In this document: positions 12,085 through 26,569 of the stretch, one piece after another
Numbering within the stretch: position 1 is the first letter of the stretch
How the letters are laid out: each line of letters begins with the position of its first letter
From: Octopus sinensis
Lineage: Eukaryota
Length of the DNA stretch: 64,000 nucleotides
Reading direction: 5' to 3'
Assembly (NCBI RefSeq): GCF_006345805.1
Contig: NC_043003.1
Location: forward strand, 117,428,001 to 117,492,000
Position numbers and translations under genes: made by a program
The notes under the pieces: generated by a model
Told to the model about the DNA's origin: nothing
Seen by the model: only the letters and a program-made list of their open reading frames with translations
Databases searched by the model: none

Positions 12085-12587
12085 GAGTGAAAGAGAAGTG
12101 CATGCCGTCAAAGGGACACTGGGGCACACTAGGCACATGCATCACAACCATATGTGCGCAACATGGTGATCTCTTATCAAGATAAACAGCGCATGACCTT
12201 GCAGTGGGGCCCAGTTAGAATTTTCTTCTGGTCGAGTAGCCCATCCACTCAAAAGGTCCCTGAATAAAGGTTGTTTAAGGATGTTGAACGAAATGCCCAT
12301 GTTTCCAGAGGTGAATTATTCAAACCCCAAATAATCCCTCTCAACACACGGCTATGATGCTCCACTACTACTTCTGCTCGTGATCAGAGATGCACATATC
12401 GTCAGCCACTTAGGGACATGCTCAACTGGTTAAGGTCAAACAACTGACAAGCAAATCTGTGGTATTGAGCAGAATATTTGCTGTAGCCCATCTTTTATAC
12501 CAAGACAAAACAATTTACATGATAACACTTCCAATCAGTTAAGATCAGAAGCCATGAGAGCCACTGCCTGGTACTGACTCAGGGCAT
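12085..12587. mobile_element. Family D element embedded in (TTA)n, with internal deletion
   Basis: Highly similar to copies at 29443, 33148, 55729 and 56316; (TTA)n on both flanks. Confidence 0.85.
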
Positions 12588-12684
12588 TTATTATTATTAT
12601 CATTATATTATTATTACTATTATATATACGAGGAGAGAGATAATCAAAACTAAACATGTACATACATATATGTATACATACATA

Positions 12685-12733
<49 letters not shown>

Positions 12734-12959
12734 ATATATCTATATCTATATATATATATATATATATAATTATATACAAACATACATACAAACATACATA
12801 CATACATATATACATACATACATAAATTATTGTGCACGAGCTGGTATATTTTTTTTTTTTTTCAATAGAGAAAGACCTGTCTTGTATGACCCTTTAAGTG
12901 AATCTAGATACCCTAAAGAGGGTATGTATTTATGTATGTATACATGTATGCGTATGTGT

Positions 12960-13260
12960 GTGCATGTGTGCGTGGTTAGGGAATTTGGCTTACAATCATA
13001 AGGTTGTGCGTTCGAATCCCGCCTGTGCGTTCTGTCCTTGAGCAAGACACTTCATTTCACATTGCCCTCAGTTCACTCAACTGGCAAAAATGAGTCGTAC
13101 CTGTAATTAAAAGGGGCCAACCTTGTCCCATTCTGTGTCACGCAGAAGCTCCCTGAGAACTGCGTTAAGGGTTATGCGTGTCTGCACGTTACTTTCACGA
13201 GCAAGCTGTTCCGTTGATCGGATCAACTGGAACGATCATCGTCGCAACCGACGGAGCGCC
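12960..13260 (+). mobile_element. Degenerate SINE A-related copy
   Basis: tRNA-like head gtggttaggg..gttcgaatccc and 3' domain ttcacgagcaagctgttccgttgatcggatcaac. Confidence 0.7.
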
Positions 13261-13303
13261 AAAATATAAAAGAAAAATAATTATGTAAGTGGGCATACAT
13301 GTA

Positions 13304-13403
13304 NNNNNNNNNNNNNNNNNNNNNNNNNNNNNNNNNNNNNNNNNNNNNNNNNNNNNNNNNNNNNNNNNNNNNNNNNNNNNNNNNNNNNNNNNNNNNNNNN
13401 NNN
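13304..13403. other. Assembly gap (100 N)
   Basis: Run of N. Confidence 1.
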
Positions 13404-13456
13404 GTATATACATATATAAGCATATATTTTATAGATATGTATATTTATATATATAT

Positions 13457-13518
<62 letters not shown>

Positions 13519-13549
13519 GCACATATATATATATATAAATTAACATACT

Positions 13550-14195
13550 TTATAATTAGGGTTCAGCAAAGATTTGCTTCACCACATACCGAAGTTTAGA
13601 AATACCAGTCAAAATACCTTAGCTATTTCTTCTACTTTAAAAGGGACTCCCAGAAAAACCAAAGTACTTGAAAACAATCTACGCAGGCAAAGAGGAAAAA
13701 TAACGAAAATCAATCCATATTTGGTTACCCACGTACGCGCGTTTCGGAATTAGATCGGTATAAAGAATATAGAATTATACTTTACCTAACCATTTTCGAC
13801 TCATCAGCGTGGGATTCCAACAATATTAGATATTAAATATTAAATTCGAAGGCACTGGAATATATCTCTCCACTTAACGGTATCAGAGCGATCATGTTCA
13901 GTGCTAGTGCCGCCAAATTCAAAATACCAATGAGAGTTCATCACCTTTACCTGCCCATTAGCGCGTGTCGCCAGGTAAGATGCTACAGAGAGAAGCTGTA
14001 GTTTGTTATCAGGGAGAAAAATTCCATTTTCAATAATAACAAAGGGTAAAATTAATTAATTAAGAAGTAATCAGTAATTTCACCAAGTAGAATTCGGCAT
14101 GAAAAAGACCATTTCATGGTAATCTTAAGTAATATTTTATAATTAGGGTTCAGCAAAGATTTGCTTCACCACATCTTTTTCATGCCGAATTCTAC
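13550..14195 (-). mobile_element. Penelope-like pLTR-type element carrying an intact hammerhead
   Basis: 38-bp direct repeat 13550-13587/14137-14174; 22-bp inverted repeat 14087-14108/14174-14195; 13583-13645 is homologous to the 3' end of the Penelope remnant (23476-23533). Confidence 0.65.
13728..13813 (-). ncRNA. Type I hammerhead ribozyme with intact core
   Basis: cccacg CTGATGA G...C GAAAC GCGC GTA cgtggg; stem I extends by ttgg/ccaa and atatt/aatat; predicted cut between 13734 and 13733. Confidence 0.85.
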
Positions 14196-14959
14196 GTTTA
14201 TATGCTTATGTCTTTGCGTTTGTGTCAGTCTCCTTATTGCTCTATAACAAGTGTTGGTTCGTCTAATTCTCCGTAACATAAAACGTATTGTCATCGATTT
14301 GTTCGACTAAAACTCTTCGAGGTGGTCAATGGCATTCATCTCATTCATCTCTTCTCTACCCGCCTATGTTTCTTCAACCCACGCAACTACCCTATATGCC
14401 CTGCACTATGAACTACAATACATATAATGACACCAACATCTAAATCTAATTCAAAAATGCCTTTTATTTTTTATTGTGCCTAAGTGTTTGTCTCTGCTTA
14501 AATGTTATATAAGATTACATGAACAGACATATAAACCAGAGTCTCGATGTCCAGTACTAAAAACTACATCTTTTCCTTTCCTACATCAACTCACTCGTGT
14601 TTTTCCCAGAAATCATCTATTTGCAACAATCTAAAAAGAACATTAACCGCATCAGTCTGACAGATCACAGAGAATCTGCAAAGGCCGTAAGTACAGCTCT
14701 TTCAACAGACCAAACGGATAGAAAAAAAAATCTTTTTTTAAGATAAAAAGCGTTGCACTAAACCGTCTGTCAATAAATTTAATATCTACCAACTCTCGGC
14801 AGTCTTGTGTCGCTGTTGCCTTTGATTTTCCTGTTTTTGCTGTTTTATCCCAGTTCTACGCAAATTGAACATGTCTGAAAACCACGGCATTCCAGCTATG
14901 ACCATCTCGCCTTTTGGCGGCTACATCATCTAAAGAGTTCTATCTCAATACAAGTAGGG

Positions 14960-15205
14960 GATGGTTGTGAAGGCGCCTGGCTTAGTAACGTCGTTGATTC
15001 CACTCAGCTGGCAAAAATGAGTCGTACCTGTATTTCAAAGGCTGACCCTTTGAAATACAGCTAAAACGCTGAATCTCCCTGAGAACTACGTGAAGGTTAC
15101 GCGTGTCTGTGGAGTGCTCAGCCATTTGCACGTTAATTTCCCGACCAGGGAGTTTCGTTGATCGGATCAACTGGAACACTTCTCTTCCAGGCCGACGGAA
15201 TGCTT
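14960..15205 (+). mobile_element. Degenerate SINE A-related copy
   Basis: gagaactacg..gtgtctgtggagtgctcagcc..gatcggatcaactggaac. Confidence 0.65.
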
Positions 15206-16122
15206 GTTAAGGTATGATTAAAGGGAGATTGGACCGCGATTTCCTACAAGCCAGGTGATCACGTAATCTTTCTCACTGTGTTGTATTGGGTAAAAAAAAG
15301 TAAAGGAACCGAGTGAAGGAGGATCGGTAGAATTGCTACAGATTTTATAAGGAATGGTTTGTGGCTTTTGTTGTGGCTAATGAGTGCAGTCTCGAGAAGT
15401 TGAATCAGATTTATCACCCTTTTGTAAACATCGGTGGCTTCGAGAACGAAGAGACTTGTGTAGATAGGTTACAAAACATTTTGGCGGTATTTTGGAACAG
15501 CTGTCCCTCAAACTGGTACCATAAAGTGTATGAAAGTCGTGTAGTGAAGGCTGAAAACAAAACACAATTGAACTTTCAGAAACACAATTTCCAGTATGGG
15601 ACTTAAGGGAACAATTATAAAAAAATCCAGCCTCGATCTTTCCAGGCTTGCATCGGAATGAAATATCTCAGCGCAGCCATTTTGACGCTAATTATTTGGC
15701 GGTGCTCTCGCATTTTAATATCTTTTCCCATTCTCTCTCTCTCTCTCTTTCTCTTTCTCTCTCTTTCTCTCTCTCTCTCTTTTTCTCTTCCTCTTTCTCT
15801 CAAACTCTCTCCCTCTTTTTCTCTCTCCTTCTTTCTCTCGCTCTCTCCCTCTCCCCTCTCTCTCTCTCCCTCTCACTCTTTCTATCAATATATTTTGTCT
15901 TTTACTCGATTCAGAAAATTTCGGCCATGCTTCAGCATCATTTTGAGGAATTTTTAGCCGAATAAGTCGAGCGCATTACTTCTCGCTTTTAAGCCTGGAA
16001 CTTATTCTGTCGGTCACTTTTATGGCGACGTAAAAGCACAAACACCAGTGGTCAAGCGGTGGTGGGGGACAAACACAGACACAATCCACACATAACACAC
16101 ACACACACCATACACATATATA

Positions 16123-16738
<616 letters not shown>

Positions 16739-18985
16739 GTATGTATATACGACGAGCTTCTTTCGGTTTCGGTCTACTAAATACACTCACAAGACTTTGG
16801 TCGGCCTGGAACTATAATAGAAGACACTTGACCAAAGTACCGCGCAGTGGGTTTGAATCCGGAACCATGGCGTTTGGAAACAAGCTTCTTACCACAGCCA
16901 CGCCTGCGCCAGCATGTGCATATTTCTGCGCACGCGTGCGTGTGCGCATGAATGTGCGAGTGTGCGCGCATGCGCGTGAGTGTCTGTATTCGCTCGAGTG
17001 TGCGCGTGCGCCATTGTGTGTTTGTATCCAGTGCCAAAAAGTACTTTCATAAAAATACGTTGAATGCCCAGTCAGCCGTGCCAAATCATCATCGCCAAAC
17101 AGCTGCGCCCATTTGTCTCAGTCATACTCGAGCCGTGTATCATAGAACAAAGAAAAAAACATTCCAATGAAAGAATAATAGTCTCAAGAACTGGTAGATC
17201 AGCTTCGAACTCGGTTAATGCGAATCGTTTCAGACATTTATAACTATACCAGTCGATGTTGGTTTTACAAGAACTGGATAGCAAAACTTTACATGAAGGC
17301 AATATCAAAATAGATTAGAAATACAAGGAAATAGATTTAAATGTTACCAACGAATAACAATCCTGCTGGAGAAGGGTAAGCCTTAAGCCTCTTATCAAAA
17401 GATCTGATTTCAAACAGTCTTCACAAAGTATTATGAAATATCAGCGATTTTGTTGTCCAGTTGTTGTTGGAATTGTTGCAGATGTTTGTTCTCGGGTCAT
17501 CCTTGTTCAAGCTGGTTTATATTACAAATGGCGTTACAGCCGTGACCATCTCATCATGTTATCTATTTAGGACTAGATTGTTCAATATATCTTTTGTTCT
17601 GGTCTAACACAGTACTATGCGATTCTTGTTATATTTAGCTACTATTTCTAGCAGGTTTCCTTCACTTGAGCTGGACCACCGTTGTACGGCAGAGTAAGGT
17701 AAGACATGGATTACTATGACTTTAATCCAATTTAATCCCTAGAGTAACTCTAAATCCATTATTACTAGCTTAAGCACCATGACTCATGGTGTTGCCAGAA
17801 TTGAGAAAACGGAGAAAATTTCAAATAAAAGAAAAATAAAGTTTTTTTTAAAAATCGATGGAAAGAAAAACAGTCAGATGTTGTTTGAGTTTCACACACT
17901 TAAACATACACACACACACACACACACACACCACACACACACATATTCACACACATACAACAAATATATACGTATATAAAAATATAAACATATATATACA
18001 AATCTATACATATGTGTGTGTATATATATGTATATATATATATATATAATTTTATATATATATATATATACATGCATATGCGTATATATGCCTACACGCA
18101 CACATGTACACACATTTACACACATACGCACACACACATATCTGCGTGTGAGTATGTGTGTACGTATGTGAGTGTGAATAGATGTTTTCTTTTTCCACGC
18201 TATCCTTTTGAATGAGTTCCTTCTGCGTCTTGGCATAAGTGAATAATAATGGTGTGTGTGATTTTGTGCGTGAGGGTGTGTGTGATTTTGTGCGTGAGGG
18301 TGTGTGTATATGTGTGTGTGTAGGCGATCTTATAGGTTGTGGGTAATTCAGATGTAACCGCGGGTCACTCAACCCAATACAGCATTTAACCTGCTGTAGC
18401 GCACCAGCGGTTTTGGCGTCGATTACGCCCTTACCAATGGGGAATACAGGATGACCAGATGACAAGTGGACTGAATTGACCCTAGTTCTTGATTGGTACC
18501 TTCCTTAATACCAGTTCCCATATGCTGTTCATATCTGCACTCGGTCTGCTTAGTTGGTTGTTGTATCCTAGCATATGTGCTGCTTCTTTATCTATTATTT
18601 TAACTTCATCCCACAGGGGGATTTGGGATGGAGTCCAAATAATAGACAGAGGGCACCACTGGAAAATACGAAAACTGAAACTGGTGTAAATAATGTAAAT
18701 ACATTTTGTTTTAAATTTAAATGAAGAATGATTACGTAATCTAGATTTCCAAATTATGGCAGATGAACCTCTGTAATATTACGTTCGATCCCTTGCAATG
18801 GCCTTACTTTGACATTCTGCATTCATCCTTAAACACTGATTTTCTAGTGGACACCTAATTTTGTTTTTACATGGTTAAAGAAATTAGTATTAATTCTACT
18901 CGCAGTATTAGGTGTTAAAGCAAGAGTATTACAAGGTAATATCTTAAAGGTATTATCAATTTCATAGTCGGAATTCCCTCTATCT

Positions 18986-19296
18986 GTGGAGGCACATGGC
19001 CTAGTGGTTAGAGCAGCGGACTCACGGTCGAGGGATCGCGGGTTCGAATCTCAGACCGGGCGATGTGTGTGTTTATGAGCGAAACACCTAAGCTCCATGC
19101 AGCTCCGGCAGAAGGTAATGGCGAAACTTCTGCTGACTCTTTCGCCACAACTTTCTCTCACTCTTTCCTCCTACATCTTGCAGCTCACCTGCGTCGGACC
19201 GGCGTCCCGTCCAGGTGGGGAACCTATATGCCAAGAAACCGGGAAACCGGCCCTTATGAGCCAGGCATGGCTCGAGAAGGAACAAATAAAACAAAC
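18986..19296 (+). mobile_element. SINE A subfamily with an alternative 3' tail
   Basis: tRNA head cctagtggttagagc..ggttcgaatctc; 14-bp TSD aattccctctatct (18972-18985/19297-19310). Confidence 0.85.
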
Positions 19297-19369
19297 AATT
19301 CCCTCTATCTGAATTTTAGATAGCCTTGCTAACGTTGTGTCAGCATATATTTTCTGATACATTAATTTG

Positions 19370-20420
19370 ACCGGGATGTTGTACTATTTTTCTATATCTA
19401 AATATGTCATAACAACAGAAACGAGGTTGCAATCATCAATTAAAGATGTGATTTTCTCCAATCTTAGTCTCTTATACTCCGAATTTCGTGAAATTCTTCT
19501 GAGCGATATTTTGATTCATTTGTCATGCATGAGGAAATACTTAGAGGAATTATTCTATTTGCATTCATTGGTATCTGATTGTTTGATACAGTTGACTAAG
19601 TTTGTCCAACAAGTTCGTGCTTTCTAGATATTTCTAGTCACCCATAATTACTAACAGCTGACACATTTCTCCCTGGTTTACCAAGTTCCTTGTAGAACTG
19701 TTCTATGGATGTTTCTGTATGCGATATTATGGCTAAGTAAACACTTATTATTGTGAGATATCTCCATTTCTTCGGATGCAGACGAGACGACATAATACGT
19801 TCCGAGGAATCACTGGGATAATATTCAAAAGTTGAGACATCATGCTTTCTAACAGTGAAACCAACATCTGATTCTCTACATTAACCTTCTTCTACACCTT
19901 CCTAATAGTAGGTGTAACAAAATATATTTCCATCGTGGTGGCCTTCCATAGTTAGGCGTGTCTTAGAGAGAGCCACTATATCTAATGCATATCACCTCTT
20001 TCTTGACTAGTGTGACTCGCTTCTCTGATCTTTGGATCAAATTGTCATCAACTAAAGAACGCATATTCCAACAAGCAAATATTATGGAGTGTTTAGCCTT
20101 CCTGTGTCATCGATTAACCACAGTAGCAGGATTACGACCGGCCCAAACCTATATTGTTGTGGGGCACGAACTGAGCTATACCTGTTCACATATGGTTCCT
20201 AAACATTTGCTGTTGTTCGTCAGTTCTGTTTGAGATATTCCAAATGAGGTTAGAGGTCATTTTAAGACTACTACCACACATACAGCTGATGTTAACTGTA
20301 CATGTAGAGGACAAGGAGTATCAGTACAGTCGAGCATACTTTGAGTGGACATAACTTGCACATAACCCCCGACTTCTTGACCACAGAAGAATTCATTGGT
20401 GCGACGTATGAAATGACAAG
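19370..20420 (-). pseudogene. Degenerate RTE-clade LINE 5' region (APE endonuclease)
   Basis: Minus-strand pieces IFACWNMRSLVD, DIVALSKTRL, TIISVY..EQFYKEL and VIMGD match APE motifs; many stops and frameshifts. Confidence 0.7.
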
Positions 20421-20971
20421 GTCAAGGTCTTCGACGGCTCCTCAGGTTTTCTTTCAGAGTTTATCATCTCTTACACTAGTTGCCTTGACCAAGCTATATA
20501 TTCCAATCTAATCTATGAGTCGAAGGTTACTAACAGTACGATCCCAGAATCAGAGACCTAGTGGTAAGAAACTCGTAAGAGAGCTGAACAGCGAGTGTTT
20601 CGGCCGTTAACTTCTTATATTCTAAGGGAGCCGGGCCACATCCAGTTCATGATTCCAATGTGCCCTTTTGTTGGCAATTTTTAGCCACTTGAATGTAGGA
20701 AACTTGTACATTTAAACTGCTTGGAGATTTCAACCAGTTGTAATTCCTCTCCCTTGATTCTGCTTTCGAATTTATGCTTCAAGAAGAAATAACATTGGTT
20801 GCCACGGCAACCGTGGCACGTCAGATAAGGATATATAATGAAATATGAAATAATAGATATACAATAGAAATTTTAAAAAATTTTTTAATTAGAATATACA
20901 TTTTATATGAACCTACACATACACAACACACACACACACTACATACACACATATATACGCATATATGTATA

Positions 20972-21028
<57 letters not shown>

Positions 21029-21103
21029 CACTTTTACAAGGCCGGTGACTCGCATGGGCTTTCTCCGCCCTCCGAAGAGTTTTGCTTTTCGCCCTGCAGG
21101 GTG

Positions 21104-21181
<78 letters not shown>

Positions 21182-21644
21182 ATATGAGAGAGAATCTACG
21201 ATGTGGACGCTCTTACGCTAGATATAGATCCGCAAAGGGACTCAACCACTAAGAATTGTTCTCAAGAAAAGTTTTAGCACACTAAGAACGTAAGCGAGCA
21301 GGACAAATGAAAAATAACAAAAATATAGATTAACCCCATACAATTGTTTCACTGTTAATAAATTATGCAATTCAACTTACATAACTATCCTCAGATCATC
21401 GGTGGAGTACGTCAAAATATAATTTGTCGAACTGCACGCTATATATTAACACGAGGTCAGAGACACGAGCAGTTCGGCCGATTATATTCACAGTTACATT
21501 CAAACGCCTTCGTTCTAGCGCGCCAAATTCCCAGAAATAAATACTGCATAAAATATTCACTGCAGTAGTTTACGCCGGTTTGAGAACATATTAATTCATA
21601 ATTAAAGTGAAAATGAGGGTGAAAAAATTGGATATTAATTTAAT

Positions 21645-21698
<54 letters not shown>

Positions 21699-22314
21699 GA
21701 GAGAGAAGAGAGAAATAGTTATACGTACAGACATATATATATATATATATATAATATATATACATACCTACCTACATACATACAAACATACATACATACA
21801 TGCATACATACATACATACATACATACATACATACATACATACATACATACATACATGATAAGAGCAATTTGCTTTTCGAGGAATGCCATTGCTTGATTA
21901 TTCTCTTAAACATAAGCAGTAGAAATGTGACTTTTCAGTCTTGCTAGGAATTTTTTGCATACATGTGACAATGACGAGCGCCTCTTGGAGCAGGTGTGCA
22001 GACACCTACGATGGCACGAGTTTAACACCTGCGATGGCGCATGCCTTCATTCTATCATGGAATTTGTTATTGAGTATTTGCCTTTTTTCTATTTTTCCTT
22101 TTTTTTTTGCTTGCAGCTACAGTCAGCCAAAGTATGCAACACATAACAGAGATGTTAACAACCCAGCGATGTCTGGACTTGAAGCTTTTTAAAGCAAGGA
22201 AAAGCCTTGCGCAACACAATTTACAAAATACCTACAAATAATTCCATGCTCTAAAGATACAATTATTTGGTAGATTTATATAACATGCCTTGTCTAAGCA
22301 TGTTATATACATCT

Positions 22315-22700
22315 GTGGAGGCGCAATGGCCCAGTGGTTAGGGCAGCGGACTCGCGGTCATAGGATCGCGGTTTCGATTCCCAGACTGGGCGTTGTGAGT
22401 GTTTATTGAGCGAAAACACCTAAAAGCTCCACGATGCTCCGACAGGGGATGGTGGTGATCCCTGCTGTACTCTTTCACCACAGCTTTCTCTCACTCTTAC
22501 TTCCTGTTTCTGTTGTACCTGTATTTCAAAGGGCCGGCCTTGTCACTCTCTGTGTCACGCTGAATATCCCCGACAACTCCGTTAAGGGTACACGTGTCTG
22601 TGGAGTGCTCAGCCACTTACACGTTAATTTCACGAGCAGGCTGTTCCGTTGATTCGGATCAACCGGAACCCTCATCGTCGTAACCGACGGAGTGCTTCCT
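22315..22700 (+). mobile_element. SINE family A, full length
   Basis: Near-identical to 4551-4941. Confidence 0.9.
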
Positions 22701-22819
22701 TCCTCCTTAGAATGAATATTCCCTTCAACCTTGCAAAAAGGATTTGTACTATAGTTTCTAATATAAACATCGGAAACACACGACTACATGAACTAAAGGA
22801 TACACTCATCACCAGGAAC

Positions 22820-23533
22820 TGCCTTCTGTTACTAATTTATATAGGCTTCCAAGCTCTACAGTGTACCAAGCAAAGCTAGTACCAAACAAAGTTCGTCTCA
22901 AACAGAAGCAGTATAAATATCAGTAACGCCAATCCCAACACAGGGACATACACTGAAGTTTATGTCGGATCTTGTGAATCCAAATTTAAAATTTGCCTGA
23001 ACAACCACAGATCTTCGTTCGGAGTCCCGGAGAGACGCAACACAACGACGCTCGCAGCATACGTATGGTGACTAACGGACAATCAGACACCCTTTAACAT
23101 CAGGTGCAAATTACTGGAAACTTGTGGACCCTATTGCAATGGAACAAGACTATGTTAATTGTGTATGGCAGAAGAATATATAATCCTTATGAGCTCATAT
23201 CAGCCAAGAAGCTACCTGAACCCAAGGGCGGAAACCGTGGGGAGTCGTCCACATTATCGGAAATTTTTACTTCAAAATTGGAAAACCTAGCTATCATGCG
23301 AGGGAAGACAACTCGCCCGGCCATAATTTTTTAAGAGGAATATTCTTTGCAGAGAACAATTATCGTTTAGTGAGACTGAAGTTATGTTTAGTTTACGCTA
23401 GATATGAAACTAATGGTTTATTCTAAACTGTTACTATATGTCTCTAATTAATATTATTATGCTGTTTTTATCTATCCCTTTTTAGTAAAGAAATAGCTAT
23501 ACCCTTTGATGCTATTTCTAAATTCGGTATGTG
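22820..23533 (+). pseudogene. Penelope-like element GIY-YIG endonuclease remnant and 3' region
   Basis: STVYQAKL ... EVYVGSCESKFKICLNNHRSSF...TTLAAYVW*L...PFNIRCKLLETCGPYCNGTRLC*LCMAEEYII fits the Penelope EN consensus. Confidence 0.8.
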
Positions 23534-23559
23534 TATATCGTGCTAAACCCTATTGCTAG

Positions 23560-23681
<122 letters not shown>

Positions 23682-23685
23682 CTAT

Positions 23686-23719
<34 letters not shown>

Positions 23720-24479
23720 TGTATGTATGTATGTATGTATGTATGTATGCATCGAAACGGCAGAGTGTAAGGGCCCTAATGAAACTGCTCCGGCCATGAT
23801 GCTAAATTGCATATCCAACAGTGTTCAGTCGCTGCAGTTGCAACATGTGTAGGTCGCGTAAAAGTGCTGTAAATAACTGTTAAATAAAATTATGCATGTG
23901 AAAAATCTTCGTTTCCTTATCATTATTAATATCTATATATATATATTGTTATATATTGCATAAGCGCAGTTACACACACATATACACATACTTACACATA
24001 CTCACACATATACACACATACAGTCACACACACACACATACACACTGTAAGAATCCCAAAATAAACATGCATTCTTGGAAGCTCCTACATGTTATGGATC
24101 GTGTATGTTGTCCGGGGCAGTATCGGATTTATTTATGAATATTGGTTCCCAAAAAAAGGGCAAAACATAAAACTCATCAGAGAACGGCTGTCAGCCAGAA
24201 ATCCCGGAACTTCTATAAAGCCGATGGTTGGATAGTCGTTAATTTGAAATAAGTAGCGTCCTGGAATTAAAATCTCATCGCTTTAAAATCCACACCAACC
24301 CTCTTTGATGAGCAAAGATAGAAAAAAATCTGACAAAATCATAGAAAAGGAAAAAATAAATGAGAAAAGCTAAGCCGAAGCTGACAAGGCCTGAAATGGC
24401 ACAAACGCTGTTTAACCTCTCGCCTGATAAATTTTCGCTTGTTGAAAAAAATGGCGGCTTTGTTTTGGGTTTGGCTTTT

Positions 24480-24698
24480 TCTTCTTTGTTTTGTTTTGCG
24501 TGCGCACGCGCGCGTATGCGTATGTGTATGTGTGTGTGTAATATATTATATGGATGTGTATTTATGTGTGTGGTTGTCTGCATACTTATACATTTATTTC
24601 CATGCACAAACACACACGTTATATGCTTGTGTGTATGTATATATGCATACATACATATATCTACACTTATATATATGCATGTATACAATGTATTAGCG

Positions 24699-24770
<72 letters not shown>

Positions 24771-24798
24771 TGCATGTGTCCGTGAATATATATGTATG

Positions 24799-24838
<40 letters not shown>

Positions 24839-25236
24839 CGTGTGTGCGTGTATGTCAGTGTATGTGTGTCTGTGTGTGTTTCTGTGTATGCGCGCGGTGG
24901 TGTGTATGTATATGTTTGTATAATATATAAATGTGTTTGTGTATAACTTTCTGACTTTGCTAGAATAGAATAATGTGTACGTGTGTGCGTGTACGTGTGT
25001 GCGTGTGTGTGTATGTATGTGTGTGTATGTGTGTGTATGTGTGCATATGTGTGTGTGTATGGTGTGACGTGATTCCTAGGTTTGTTTTAACGAATTATTT
25101 TTGTTTTAACCTTCTTTCTCCCCTCTTCATCTTGTTGATGTTCTTGTTGGAGTCGTATTTGTTTTCTCCTGTGTCATTACACAAACACACCACACACACA
25201 CACACACACACATGTTTACGTACATATATATATATA

Positions 25237-25273
<37 letters not shown>

Positions 25274-25700
25274 ATATATATATGCATGTATGTATACAGT
25301 GTGCGTATTATATTCGTTGTGGCTGCTTTGTTGTGATGTGGTTGTTGTTAGTGTTCATTTTGTCGGATAATTTTTCGCTTTGCATTTTTTTTTATCGCAC
25401 TTTTATCTTATCTTTGTTTTTTGGGGGAATTTTTTGGGTTTTTGTATTTTTCTGTATTATTTTTTTTTTTCCTCTCGTATTTCTTATTGTTTTCAAATTT
25501 GATATAATTTTGTTCCCTCTTCTACGTTTGTTATATTTTGAAAATATATATATATATATACATACACACACACAGATATATACATATATATGTATATATA
25601 TGTATATATATATACATATATATATATACATATATATGTATATATAGTATATATATATATATATGTTGTATGTACATATTTATATATATATATATATGTG

Positions 25701-25735
<35 letters not shown>

Positions 25736-25773
25736 ATATATATATATATATATATACATATATATACATATAC

Positions 25774-25810
<37 letters not shown>

Positions 25811-25887
25811 CATATATGTATATATACATATACATATACATATATATATATATATACATATATATATACATATACATATATATATAC

Positions 25888-25955
<68 letters not shown>

Positions 25956-25965
25956 ATATATATGT
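24480..25965. repeat. Large compound (TA)n/(TG)n microsatellite block with short unique spacers
   Basis: Seen directly. Confidence 0.9.
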
Positions 25966-26569
25966 TGTAGTTACTCTTTGGTTGGTAATCGCATTAGTCT
26001 TTTTTGTTGTTGTTGTTGCTGTTGCTGTTATTGCTGGTGTTTTTTGTGACTGTTGGTGTTTAAAGCTTGTGTTTTTGTGTGTTTTTGTATAGTTTTTTTT
26101 TGCCTTTCTTCTTTTTTTTTGTATGTTTTTATTCGTTTCATTTTATTACATTTTCGGTTTCGAATTATTTGTGCTTTCATGCACATAAGAAATGTTGGTA
26201 TCAGAGAAGAATGACGAAAGAGAAGACAAGAGGGAGAGAGAGAGAGAGAGGGGAAGAGTGACAGAGAGAGAGAGAGAGAGAGAGAGTGAGAGAGAGGAAG
26301 GGAGAGAAGAGGGAAAAGGATGTGTTGGGAGAGGGAGATGTAATCGTGTGAAGGGAGAGAATTGTGAGAAATGATGTGTAAAATGAAGAATTACACACAT
26401 ACACACATATAAATACATAGATTCATAGACCTACACACACAGAGACATACTGACACACACACACACACACACACGTGCGCGCACGCACACAAACTTACAG
26501 ACGTAAAGAGATTGAAGATGAAAACAGCAAAGGAAGACGGGAGAGAAGAGGATAGAAGTTATGAGTGAG

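Noticed and set aside
15361-15606. Possible mariner/Tc1 C-terminal remnant
   Set aside because: Weak resemblance only; no DDE/D motif or TIR.
20580-20645. Possible eighth hammerhead (minus: gaactg GATGT GGCC...GGCC GAAACA..TGTT cagctc)
   Set aside because: Needs a 2-nt deletion plus substitutions in the core; too degenerate to call.
24445-24460. YY1-like AAAATGGCGGC as a start site
   Set aside because: Isolated motif followed by microsatellite; similar motifs occur in repeated sequence at ~15675 and ~30435.
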